DNA from: a virus
Taxonomy: Duplodnaviria; Caudoviricetes
IMG/VR virus record: IMGVR_UViG_3300028326_000230
Coordinates: 1 to 53,621 of that record
DNA length: 53,621 nucleotides
Direction: 5' to 3' (one strand)
In this document: piece after piece, positions 29,301 through 37,828 of the stretch
How positions within the stretch are numbered: position 1 is the first letter of the stretch
Layout: every line of letters starts with the position of its first letter
Translations under genes and position numbers: made by a program
Notes under the pieces: model-generated
Database searches by the model: none
What the model was told of the DNA's origin: nothing
What the model saw: only the letters and a program-made list of their open reading frames with translations

Positions 29301-30272
29301 TTGCCCGAGTCCGGCCGCATCGGACACATCCCCGCCGCTCGCCACGTAGCCGGCCAGGGCCGTCTGGACCGCGCCGAGCCCGGCCACGTCCGAGACGTCG
29401 GCGGCCATGTCCTCGGCCACGGCTTCGCGCAGCTCCGGCACTCCGGCGATGGTGGACAGGTCGTTATCGGCCAAATCCGCGGTAAGACGATCGACCAGGA
29501 CGGTCATGCCGGCCATGGCCGACACGTCCCCGCCGGACAGGACATCAGCGGCAATCTGCCGTTGCAGATCGGCCATGCCGGCGGCATCGGAGATATCCCC
29601 GCCGTTGGCGAGATATCGGGCCAAGGTTGCTTGCAGCGTGGCCATGTTGGCCACGTCCGACAGATCGCCGCCATTTTGCATGGCCGTCAGAAGCTGCTCT
29701 TGCAACGTATCCAGCAGTGACGAGGAAAACGCCGTATCCTGGTGGAAAAACACTTCTCCAGGCGTTTCCATGGCGGGCAGCGCCGGCCGTACCCCCTCGA
29801 AGTTCGGTGTGATGTAGGTCGGTGTTTCCGGTATTTCGATCAGGTCCCACTGCGGCGGATCGGGGATGACATACGTGTCGAGTTCGGGAATCGGGATACT
29901 TCCGACCTCGGGCGCTTCACCAGGATCTTCGGGAAAGGGCAAATCCTCAAACGTCGGAAAATTGAGGGTGGGGGGAGTCGCCGTGAAAACCGGAATCGCA
30001 ACCTCCGGCACCTCGGCTGTTTCCATTTCCGGCGCATCCGGGGCGCTCGGCGCCGTGACATCCATCGTCGGGACCGTTGGAGCGGTGGGATACGTGGCAA
30101 GCGTCGGCTCATACGGCGTTGTCACCGTATCCACCGCAATCGCATCAATCGTTGCTTCGGAGGTCAAGCCGGCCGCCGCGCTCGTCACCATATCCAACAT
30201 GGATTGTTGCAGATTTGATGACGTTACCCGGATACCGAAAATCTGATTATGAACGTCAGACGCGTCCGACAT
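26385..30272 (-). CDS. Large helical virion protein with expanded tandem repeats (~1295 aa)
   Basis: Pro-rich N-terminus, acidic repeat arm, central YAAMGYARLPG, basic repeat arm, coiled-coil C-terminus and Ser-rich tail. RBS GGAGGAG with TAATG coupling at 30272. Confidence 0.8.
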   Translation of the reverse strand: MSDASDVHNQIFGIRVTSSNLQQSMLDMVTSAAAGLTSEATIDAIAVDTVTTPYEPTLATYPTAPTVPTMDVTAPSAPDAPEMETAEVPEVAIPVFTATPPTLNFPTFEDLPFPEDPGEAPEVGSIPIPELDTYVIPDPPQWDLIEIPETPTYITPNFEGVRPALPAMETPGEVFFHQDTAFSSSLLDTLQEQLLTAMQNGGDLSDVANMATLQATLARYLANGGDISDAAGMADLQRQIAADVLSGGDVSAMAGMTVLVDRLTADLADNDLSTIAGVPELREAVAEDMAADVSDVAGLGAVQTALAGYVASGGDVSDAAGLGQLLVALVADVASGGDLSAVPGMPQLLARLLADLDRDGSLAGIVGADEALALLRMDLDQGGDISDLADVPELREAVAEDVSADISGVAGLGAVQTALAGYVANGGDVSDAAGLGQLLVALVADVASGGDLSAVPGMPQLLARLLADLDRDGALSGIAGADEALALLRVDLARDGDISGLAGLAALQATMDADLTGGAIPEIDGMFAQQRTRIEQDRARKVEEVRSTYAAMGYARLPGPAQKQISLIERETARQLEDLDGQIAGKKAELAFEHRRAVMELALRPVEWTVQNRQAAVTAIVQMIGQVIEGRNQAVQGGLRQVELASQNRQASVQGVLKIGETEVANRQAVLTAAMRPAELALQGRQAAMALSAKLAELTVQNRQAAVTAIVQMIGQVIEGRNQAVQGGLRQVELASQNRQASVQGVLKIGETEVANRQAVLTAAMRPAELALQGRQAAMALSAKLAELTVQNRQAAVTAIVQMIGQVIEGRNQAVQGGLRQVELASQNRQASVQGVLKIGETEVANRQAVLTAAMRPAELALQGRQAAMALSAKLAELTVQRQQGAAANLLQRADLQLKSKQAAVQAGLDYGKTEIANRQAVLAEAIKPIDLAVRNRQFALQQAASVVVGVCVETWNQGNNRALEAAKTTLAAAYQDLDARVKLFNVDLARFQADAAVYEARIKASLTELEAHKQRLEAAKVRGELRQSDVQVYLGKLQGVSQIVEVFKARMQGALTQAEVEKSRLQAYETGVQAYGARVNGVTAKYNARVAQITGEKAKADVYDSQVRAYSAQVAGVKTVADIGVARAGVVSDRNKTKATNYSSRVEAYRAQWQGVATEVDRLTKYADNLVKVYAAQMQGVSSENDVLIRKFASDIQRYATEFDASLREASLTLDRGKVLAELNERQLAAIVQVAGQALASALGQIHASATVAASDSSSTNSSTATNTSTVRSTSSSSSSVDARSENYNYSVSM
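27636..28445 (-). repeat. 3 x 270-bp tandem repeat (90 aa; five 18-aa sub-repeats)
   Basis: AGAGCCATGGCCGCCTGCCG recurs at 27661, 27931 and 28201; the protein units are identical. Confidence 0.95.
28764..29441 (-). repeat. 2 x 339-bp tandem repeat (113 aa; five ~23-aa sub-repeats)
   Basis: GCCACGAGCGCGACCAGGAG at 28942 and 29281; VPELREAVAED... unit present twice. Confidence 0.93.
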
Positions 30273-30715
30273 TACCATCTCCTCCCAAGCGAAAGGACAT
30301 CCACGCCCACGGCCGTCACCTCGGCCTGTCCCTCACCCGAAACCTCAAATTGAAAAGCCCCACCTTGACCTCCGCGCCCCGCGACAAAACACCCAGGCCG
30401 GAGTTGTTGCACAGCCGGGCTTGATCCATTTTCATAACGGATGGCCACACGGACATCCTCAAGCCTCGGCCCGGCCAAGGAAACCGCCCGCACCCGCTTG
30501 ACGTCATCGCGCCCCAAATCCGTTTCCGGCCCGGCGACACGCCAAAGAATCGGGTCTCCGGCGTCATCACCCCCCCCAATGCGATAGAGCCCATCGGGAG
30601 CCGTGGCATAAAAATGGCCATCCATTTGAAAGAAGGATGAAAACGGCCAACCACTATATTGGCTCGGAACCATTCCATCCAAAGCCAAGGACAAGCACAG
30701 CGTATTGCTGTTCAT
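30272..30715 (-). CDS. Phage tail-region protein
   Basis: ATGA-coupled ORF; SQYSGWPFSSF...GLYRIGGGDDAG...TDLG...KRVR pattern. Confidence 0.7.
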   Translation of the reverse strand: MNSNTLCLSLALDGMVPSQYSGWPFSSFFQMDGHFYATAPDGLYRIGGGDDAGDPILWRVAGPETDLGRDDVKRVRAVSLAGPRLEDVRVAIRYENGSSPAVQQLRPGCFVAGRGGQGGAFQFEVSGEGQAEVTAVGVDVLSLGRRW

Positions 30716-32880
30716 CGCCACCTCATGGGATCATAATGCAGGGGAGAGTTCCAGGATATTGGACTGGTTGCATGCCCAAAAACTGAAAACATTGGCAAGT
30801 CTTCGTCGGAATCTGCAACGGCGTCAGGCGAACTACCCATATCGCAAATAAAATTTGGAATCCGACAAACAGCCAGTGCCATCGGTCCCTGCTTTGCCTC
30901 GCCTACGTCACGAAGCATCGGAAGGAGCGCCACAGCAGCACCGACTCCACCAACAAAACCTTTGGCTTCGACAAGCAACCGGCGGCAGGAGAGAGAAGCA
31001 TCACCCCGAGAAGAGGCCGCGGCCGACATTTCGCCGCCACCGGTCGGACAAGGCAGCATTGCGACCCCGACTCCCCAAACACCCGCCGAGCCGCTCGCAT
31101 CGACAAGTAACCGACGACAGATGATCGAGGCCTCACCCCGAGAAGAGGCCACGGCCGACATTTCGCCGCCACCGGTCGGACAAGGCAGCGTTGCGGCACC
31201 CCTACCCGCAACACCAACGAGTCCGGAGGCGACGATTGCCGTCCGGAGTGCCAAGGCGGCAGCGGCGCGCAGGCCGGCAACGCCGGAAGCGGCGACACGC
31301 ATTCCGGTCAAGGTTCCGGACATGTCAGCGGCCGCCAACGCCTGGCACGCCACATCCGGTAGCCCGCACGCGGCGTGCGCCGCCGGTCCTTGGCGCAGGC
31401 GCCCCGTAGCCGCAATCCTGTCCAGGCGTACCACGCCTGCCGCCAGGCTTCCGGTGCTCCCCTCGCCCTTGCAGAGAGGCAGGGGCCAAGGCAGCGCAGC
31501 CTTGCCGATCAAATCCACGGTCGCGGCACCGGATATCTTGCAGGCGGGCAGCGCCAGGCCAAGGCGCCCGGCCGTGCCGGAGCACTGCCCGAGCATGGAG
31601 AATTCCGGCGTGAAAATCGTCGCCCGGGCACCGGCCCGGCTCTGTGTCACCAGCTGCGGCGCCTTCACGGAACCGAGGCAAAAGGCCTTTTGACTGCCGA
31701 CTCCGGTCGCCTGGAGGGGAATCTTCAGGCTCGCTCGCGCGCCTGTCTTGCCCTGTACGGTAAGAGACGTTGCCAGCAAGCCCTGAAAAAGCCGGAGGGT
31801 TGCAGAAGCACTTGATCCGACGCGCCCCGAAACGGAGAGTGCCGGAAACGAAAGCGCCGCCTCGGCCGTCAGGAGCGTCAGCTTCTTTACCCAGTCCGGG
31901 GTCGTGACAGCTGAAAAGGAGGTCGCGGTCAGGATATAGGCAACGGCCGTGTACGTATCGCGCACATCCAGCATGCGCTTCAGGTTGTCCACGGAAGCAA
32001 GGGATGCCAAAGCGGAATCCGTCCACTCCAACGGCACCCATTCCTCGTCCGACTCCCGCCGGTAGATCGTCCAGGCATGACCGGAACCGCCAGCCGTGCC
32101 AAAGCAGGTCATGATGCGGTTCGATTCGACGCCGGCCGCCAGCAAAAGCCCATGAATGAGGATCGCGCCATCTTCGCAATCGCCGTATTTGCGCTGATAG
32201 GTCGCTAGCGCACATGTCCAGGTGTCGCCGTAGCCGTCCCCGTCTGAAACATAAGAGAACCCCGCAACATACCGAGCCGCTTTTGCCGCGATCGCATCGG
32301 ACGTCGTGAGCCCATGAAAGAGCGTGGCCGCAGCATCGGCCAGGGAGATATTGCCCTGTTGCAGCAATCCGACAACCGCGACCGAGGGGAGGGAGTTGGC
32401 GATAGGCTTATAGAGGCCACAGGCGATCGCCTCGCCAGTCAGTGTCGAAAAGAGAGCGGCACCAGAAGCCGTTCTCGCAAAACTATCATCGAGCCCATAT
32501 GCGTTGAAGGCCGGGAGTGCATTACTCGCGATCGCTCCGGCCGAAGACTCCAGAAAGAACGGCGTAAGCAATGTTACCGACTCGATCACGACATGCGCCG
32601 TGCCGTCGCTTTCCATGGCCGGCGTCTCTGGATCACCCCAGGCCGGATGATAGTCGGCGTCCGTGCCCGTCGAATCCAACGCCGGCAGCGTACAGGCACT
32701 GAAAGGCGCCCAGTCCGCCGTACCATCTCCGGTCAGCGCCGGAATCGTGGCAAGGCCGACACAACCGCATGTTCCGGAACCGTCACCAAGAAGGAGAGGA
32801 ACGACACTAATTCCATCTCCTGTAGAATTTTGGATTGGTGTTGATTCAATAGTAGCTATATAGTCAAATATTGTATACAT
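30712..32880 (-). CDS. Tail-associated protein with a transglutaminase-like cysteine peptidase domain
   Basis: YGDCEDGAIL...GHAW...WVPLEWT catalytic-triad pattern inside Ala/Gly-rich repeats; a 132-bp duplication at 31021/31153. Confidence 0.75.
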   Translation of the reverse strand: MYTIFDYIATIESTPIQNSTGDGISVVPLLLGDGSGTCGCVGLATIPALTGDGTADWAPFSACTLPALDSTGTDADYHPAWGDPETPAMESDGTAHVVIESVTLLTPFFLESSAGAIASNALPAFNAYGLDDSFARTASGAALFSTLTGEAIACGLYKPIANSLPSVAVVGLLQQGNISLADAAATLFHGLTTSDAIAAKAARYVAGFSYVSDGDGYGDTWTCALATYQRKYGDCEDGAILIHGLLLAAGVESNRIMTCFGTAGGSGHAWTIYRRESDEEWVPLEWTDSALASLASVDNLKRMLDVRDTYTAVAYILTATSFSAVTTPDWVKKLTLLTAEAALSFPALSVSGRVGSSASATLRLFQGLLATSLTVQGKTGARASLKIPLQATGVGSQKAFCLGSVKAPQLVTQSRAGARATIFTPEFSMLGQCSGTAGRLGLALPACKISGAATVDLIGKAALPWPLPLCKGEGSTGSLAAGVVRLDRIAATGRLRQGPAAHAACGLPDVACQALAAADMSGTLTGMRVAASGVAGLRAAAALALRTAIVASGLVGVAGRGAATLPCPTGGGEMSAVASSRGEASIICRRLLVDASGSAGVWGVGVAMLPCPTGGGEMSAAASSRGDASLSCRRLLVEAKGFVGGVGAAVALLPMLRDVGEAKQGPMALAVCRIPNFICDMGSSPDAVADSDEDLPMFSVFGHATSPISWNSPLHYDPMRWR

Positions 32881-32881
32881 A

Positions 32882-33511
32882 TTAACTAGAGAGAGTTATG
32901 GTGTCACCGAAGCGAGTAAACTTTGCATCAACACCAGTTTTTGATTTTATTGTGATTGTCTCACCATCATCAATATAATATTTAACTCCTGATACAAAAA
33001 TATACTCCGATGAATCTATAATAAAGTCGGAAAATTCTAATGAAGCTAATGGACCAGCCGTCAAAGACGACAAATCAACACCCGACGGGATAAGCGTTTC
33101 ACACTCCCACTCATCAAAGTTCTCAATCGGCGGTTGTCCTTTGAATTCAATTATTATTAATTTTCTAATGTAAAATGTATAAAATTTATCAATTATATAT
33201 GTATTTGATGTCCAATCCCAGCCTTGGTAAAAAAAGAAAAAAGAAGCGAATCCATCAAACGTAATTTTTATATTGTAGTTTTCATCTTCTCCTGTATCAG
33301 AATATATACATTTATAATCTGGAAGGTCATTCCCCATAACATATTCGCCCTGCGCAACAAGACTTTTGGGCGTTTGTGTCAGAGAAACCTTTGTCCCAAG
33401 ACTTGCGCTAGGAACAAAACTCGCTCCAATAGAACCAAGTCTAATGTCAATAGACGCAGGGAACCCAACAAACTGCAACGGCACTGACTCAGGGTATGGA
33501 AGTTTGTTCAT
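32882..33511 (-). CDS. AT-rich hypothetical tail/receptor-binding module protein
   Basis: 209-aa beta-rich ORF, translationally coupled, low GC. Confidence 0.7.
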   Translation of the reverse strand: MNKLPYPESVPLQFVGFPASIDIRLGSIGASFVPSASLGTKVSLTQTPKSLVAQGEYVMGNDLPDYKCIYSDTGEDENYNIKITFDGFASFFFFYQGWDWTSNTYIIDKFYTFYIRKLIIIEFKGQPPIENFDEWECETLIPSGVDLSSLTAGPLASLEFSDFIIDSSEYIFVSGVKYYIDDGETITIKSKTGVDAKFTRFGDTITLSS

Positions 33512-34338
33512 TATAAACTTTCCACAAAGGCATTTTTTATAAACAATACGTCGTCGTCTTCAACCGTTGCCGCTTGGAAAGTTAGTGTTTGTTCTCCGCT
33601 ATGTATTTCTCCATAATCTGAGAAATTTTCTTCATGAATCAACACGCCATCTATTAAAAATCTAAAATAATTATTATACACGACTTCTAAAATATATTTA
33701 TGCCATTTATAATCAGACATATAATACTCGCTATTTTCATTGTACATTTTCATTCTGGAAATTCCTTCGCTCAATGATGTTTGTAACCGTACAGTAAGTT
33801 GCTCGGCATATTTTTTTGTACTCCATCCTGTCCCAAAATAAAATTCACTAAAGTTGTTTTGTACGTCTTGATTTCGTATTTCTAGATAAATACTAGCTTG
33901 ACATCCATATCCCATTGCCTCAAATCCAAAACGGACATGAGAAAGATCTATCATATTTTCATTAGGAACTATTATTTCAAGATGTCTCAGACCACCTACT
34001 TGTGCAACAATATTTCCGTCACCTGCCATTACTGATTGAATACTTCCGCGAGTGCTAATATAATATTCATCTTCTTGTGAAGTTTCATTGTTCCATACGG
34101 ATGTTGTGTCACGCTCAGTATATTTTGGTTTTACAATCCCAGGCTCTCCACTTGTATAAAAATAGAATCCACTTTCTGTGATTTTATAACCAATACCTAA
34201 ATCAAGATTCGCTGCTCGAAACATTTCATTAAAAGTATGCTTACCAGCCAGATTCTGATAAAATTCTCTTGTATCCATTCCAGGCGCGGCCGTTACAATT
34301 TTCCCATTTTTATTGTAATACTGTGAGATTAAATACAT
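33511..34338 (-). CDS. AT-rich protein with a concanavalin/LamG-like C-terminus
   Basis: DYKWHKYILEVVYNNYFRFLIDGVLI resembles a ConA-like lectin motif. Confidence 0.6.
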   Translation of the reverse strand: MYLISQYYNKNGKIVTAAPGMDTREFYQNLAGKHTFNEMFRAANLDLGIGYKITESGFYFYTSGEPGIVKPKYTERDTTSVWNNETSQEDEYYISTRGSIQSVMAGDGNIVAQVGGLRHLEIIVPNENMIDLSHVRFGFEAMGYGCQASIYLEIRNQDVQNNFSEFYFGTGWSTKKYAEQLTVRLQTSLSEGISRMKMYNENSEYYMSDYKWHKYILEVVYNNYFRFLIDGVLIHEENFSDYGEIHSGEQTLTFQAATVEDDDVLFIKNAFVESL

Positions 34339-34351
34339 GTGTAATACCTAT

Positions 34352-36187
34352 TCAAATTTGCACAGGTGTATAGCCAGCCGCCATAAGCATACTTGCTTCA
34401 AAATCGTCTGCAACAAACCGGCCGTTGAAAAGCTCTTGTGTCAGAAGCTGCTCTTCCTTCAGAGAAAGCGCCCTCTTATAAAATCGAGGCAATCCGATTT
34501 CCATGTTTGCTGAAAATAACCAGGATGAAGCCCAATCCGATGCTAGGCTATCATTCCCAGGTGTAAATGCGAACGCACTTTCACCTGAAACATAAGGCAA
34601 TAATTGTTCAAAGCCTGAATAGTTATAAAAAGATGCTGTGGTCTGCGCATCCTGCAAAAGTTCGCTTCCACCACCAAACTCTTTTAGATAAAGTGCCGCA
34701 TTTCCGCTGTCATCAAAAGTCATGCAAACATGATAATATGATCCTATGTTCAATTCGCTAGACATTATTTTATTGTATACATATTCATTTTCAAAATCGC
34801 AGAGCTTTCCAGCAAGAATCTTATTCCCGTTAGCAAAAAATAAACCTATGTAATTTAACCCAATCATGTATCCTTGCTTGTGACATACAGGAAAAGGTCG
34901 GCTCCCAAATGACAATGTCGGTGTGGTGCTGTTTATGTAGAGTTTGTATTGATAATCCTTTATTGTAAGTGTTGTATTTTTTATTGATCCGTCTTCATTG
35001 TATTCGCACGTAAATGTGTCAATTGTGGCATAGCGCGTATCTCCACTACCCGTTAGGCCCGTGACGCGTGTGCCAACAGGCATCCGATGGTCACCATCTA
35101 CTTTAAATTTGCAAAATGACGCATAGGGTGCCGCATTGTTTATCTCCGTATTTTCTTCCCAAAAATCAACGAATTCCCCTTCAAGCGTTTCTATTGATCC
35201 AATTTCAACTTTATCCCAATACGGAGAGTCTCTTGAATATTCTGTTAAAAGGAGCGGCTCATCTTCGCAAACACTTCCTATTTCTCGATATCCAATTTGT
35301 TTTTTTTGGTTACTAACAAAATTTTCATTTGTAGATGGCCATGGATTTGTCATTTTCACATAGTGATTTGAAAATCGAGAAGGATTAAGTATTCCTATAA
35401 TTGGAGCTACACTGCCAGGGCATTCCGTGAACCACGTTTTCCCCGCTGTAGATGATAAAACCCTCGGCTTAATTGGGTTATAAACAACAAACCCATTATT
35501 GATTTCCTCTGTTTTTTCTGTAAACGAATAATCGTATTTAATTTTGTCGTTAAGCCTTATAAGGCATGAAACAGTGAATGCCCCTGATAAAGGAATTACT
35601 TCGTCAGAATATTGAAGACCTGACGCTGCCTGTGTAAGTTTCGTTTCTGTAGAATCACCAGGCAACACCATAATCCCATATTCTCTTGTAATTAGGCCAC
35701 CCGGAGACGAGCCGCCTCTTGGCAAACCGGCTTCCTCGATTGTCTTTGACGTCTGGCTTGATACAACCTCATCTGACCCTTTTGCCACCAACACCTTTGA
35801 GTCTGCTATTTCACTATTGATGATGCAATTTTTTACACTACTCGATAAATCATACCTTGCCACACACCCAGGAACCCAATAAAATTGGTCTTCTTTTAGC
35901 TCTTGAAATGTCGGTTCTTCTTGTATCTCTTTCTCTTCTTTTGTCGGAGAAAAGATTGTAATTGTATAGTTGTCGCACAACACTTGCTTATCACGTTTTA
36001 CTGCAACAAACGTCCCATCCTCAAATTCCGCAGTCTTGCTATATTGTGCATAGTCATTCACATTCTCGCGCTGCATTTGAGCCAAAAGCTGAGAGCCGAG
36101 ACCACGCAAATTTTCCGCAGCCATCTTGTCACCTTGCAAATCCCAAGCGATCCGCACCGGCAGTGATGGTGGTTGAAAATTTTCCAT
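34352..36187 (-). CDS. Tail/receptor-binding protein with a LamG-like domain
   Basis: GAFTVSCLI...YYHVCMTFD...LYL...PRFYKRALSLKE LamG-like motifs; 611 aa. Confidence 0.65.
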   Translation of the reverse strand: MENFQPPSLPVRIAWDLQGDKMAAENLRGLGSQLLAQMQRENVNDYAQYSKTAEFEDGTFVAVKRDKQVLCDNYTITIFSPTKEEKEIQEEPTFQELKEDQFYWVPGCVARYDLSSSVKNCIINSEIADSKVLVAKGSDEVVSSQTSKTIEEAGLPRGGSSPGGLITREYGIMVLPGDSTETKLTQAASGLQYSDEVIPLSGAFTVSCLIRLNDKIKYDYSFTEKTEEINNGFVVYNPIKPRVLSSTAGKTWFTECPGSVAPIIGILNPSRFSNHYVKMTNPWPSTNENFVSNQKKQIGYREIGSVCEDEPLLLTEYSRDSPYWDKVEIGSIETLEGEFVDFWEENTEINNAAPYASFCKFKVDGDHRMPVGTRVTGLTGSGDTRYATIDTFTCEYNEDGSIKNTTLTIKDYQYKLYINSTTPTLSFGSRPFPVCHKQGYMIGLNYIGLFFANGNKILAGKLCDFENEYVYNKIMSSELNIGSYYHVCMTFDDSGNAALYLKEFGGGSELLQDAQTTASFYNYSGFEQLLPYVSGESAFAFTPGNDSLASDWASSWLFSANMEIGLPRFYKRALSLKEEQLLTQELFNGRFVADDFEASMLMAAGYTPVQI

Positions 36188-36219
36188 GGCTCGGCTCCCA
36201 GAGTATATGCTGTGACGGG

Positions 36220-36420
36220 TTAGCTGACCTTCGTGTCCTCGCCGGAATCAACCGTGCAGGGCGGATCGGGGATCGGTCCAGCGTAGTCCTGCAACAATGC
36301 CAGCAGCGCGCCAGAGATCGCGCGGAGATCCTTCAAGGTCTCATCAATACCCATAGCCGGGCGGCTTTTGACCAGATCAACCGCGCGGTCCAAAACAAAC
36401 ATGGCGGATTGTACGTCCAT
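36220..36420 (-). CDS. Small hypothetical phage protein
   Basis: 66-aa ORF with RBS AAGGAG, in the operon. Confidence 0.6.
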   Translation of the reverse strand: MDVQSAMFVLDRAVDLVKSRPAMGIDETLKDLRAISGALLALLQDYAGPIPDPPCTVDSGEDTKVS

Positions 36421-36448
36421 GCGATCATCTCCTTCCGGTTTCTGCGGC

Positions 36449-36907
36449 TTACGACGCAGGCATGGTCACGATGAATCTGTCGATGGTAGTGGTGGCCCCG
36501 GCGGTGATGGCCGTGCTCGACATGTTGAGCTGGGCGCCGGAGGTGGAGACCGAACCATCGAAACGGGCGGCCGTGGTACTGGCACCGGTGGTCAGATCAT
36601 TGGCGTAGAAGCGGAACCAACCGGCCGTGCCGGTAACGCTGGCGGCACCGGACCAGACCTCGGCGACGGCTTTGGCAAGGGAACCGCTGGCCGGATCACC
36701 AAAGTTCAGGCCGTTGGTGGCCGCGCCGGCCGTGAACGCGCCCGAGGACACGGTGATTTCCAGAAGAACGGTCGCGGCCTCGGCATCATCGGCCGTGGTC
36801 GGCTGCACCCCGGAAAAAATCCGGATGACCCCATTCGCCATAGCATCCTTGAAGCTTTGGGTGCCGAGCAGCTTGTTACGAAGCCCCGTGGACAAACGCA
36901 GTGCCAT
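36449..36907 (-). CDS. Conserved phage structural protein
   Basis: MALRLSTGLRN...IRIFSGVQPTTAD...GTAGWFRF...RFDGSV, a widespread phage family; RBS AAGGAG. Confidence 0.85.
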   Translation of the reverse strand: MALRLSTGLRNKLLGTQSFKDAMANGVIRIFSGVQPTTADDAEAATVLLEITVSSGAFTAGAATNGLNFGDPASGSLAKAVAEVWSGAASVTGTAGWFRFYANDLTTGASTTAARFDGSVSTSGAQLNMSSTAITAGATTTIDRFIVTMPAS

Positions 36908-36919
36908 GACAAAAGCTCC

Positions 36920-37828
36920 TTACGGGTGCAGCACTGCGACCAGCCGCTTCGGCAGGAGAACAAGCCCACCTGTCGAGGCGGGCGCGTCGAGCGCCACCCT
37001 GTCTTTGATGAGTTGCACAACCAACCCGTCCGGCAGGCCCAGGCACACGTCATGCGGCGTGACCCAGACCACGGCCCGAACAGGATCGAATTTGCCGAAG
37101 TTGTCGGCCTGGACATGGGCGTCCAGGCCCGGAATGGTGGGATCGGAAAAGACGCGGCGCAGCCGCATTTGGTCCGGATCGGTCCCGGCCAGGTAATAGA
37201 CCCCGGCCGACGTGCCGACATACAGCCCTTCGGCCAATCCCCGAATCATGGTGATCCGCCCGGGCATTTCGATGATATTGGCCGCCGGTTGCCAAAAATG
37301 CCACCCGCCGGCCCCCTCGGTGAAACACAGCGACGAATCAACGCCGATCCAGATCCGTCCCCCATGCGATCCGAGAACCTGGCCAGCCGGGGGCGACTCG
37401 AACCGGTGCGCCTCGCTCGCCACGGGCCACGACACCCCGCCCCAGGCAACCGCCTCCCCGTCCTGGATAAGCCCCTTCTCCAGACCATTGCTCCAAAAGA
37501 CCAGGTCATCCAGATCGGTCCAGGCCACCCGCCCAAAGGTCAGGAGAGACATCAGGGCACGCGTGGAGTTTTCCCCGAGGACTTCGACCAGCACGTCATC
37601 CTTGACGGCATAATGCCCGCCCAGGGAAGCATCGAAGCCGTCGCGCCAATTCCCGGACTCGACCCGCACGCAACCGGGCTTGGTGCGCCAACGCCGGCCG
37701 CCGTCGACAAAGTCGACATTGACGGCCAACGCGGCTTCCCAGGCGCCGCTTCGGGGATCGAAAATCAGGGACTGGGGAGCGGAGACGGTATTGAGGCCCA
37801 GGCACCGGGCAAACCGGAGCGATTTCAT
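36920..37828 (-). CDS. Putative tail nozzle/stabilisation protein (beta-propeller-like)
   Basis: Beta-rich 302-aa ORF coupled to the adaptor gene; positional inference. Confidence 0.6.
   Translation of the reverse strand: MKSLRFARCLGLNTVSAPQSLIFDPRSGAWEAALAVNVDFVDGGRRWRTKPGCVRVESGNWRDGFDASLGGHYAVKDDVLVEVLGENSTRALMSLLTFGRVAWTDLDDLVFWSNGLEKGLIQDGEAVAWGGVSWPVASEAHRFESPPAGQVLGSHGGRIWIGVDSSLCFTEGAGGWHFWQPAANIIEMPGRITMIRGLAEGLYVGTSAGVYYLAGTDPDQMRLRRVFSDPTIPGLDAHVQADNFGKFDPVRAVVWVTPHDVCLGLPDGLVVQLIKDRVALDAPASTGGLVLLPKRLVAVLHP

Noticed and set aside
27636-29441. Long direct repeats as a possible CRISPR array or DGR template/variable repeat pair
   Set aside because: Units are in-frame multiples of 3 with mostly synonymous differences; there are no spacers, no adenine-specific variation and no reverse transcriptase.
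10884-29720. Many long plus-strand ORFs (e.g. 10884-12584, 19200-21269, 22125-24374, 26994-28358)
   Set aside because: Antisense shadows of GC-rich minus-strand genes, with no recognisable motifs.
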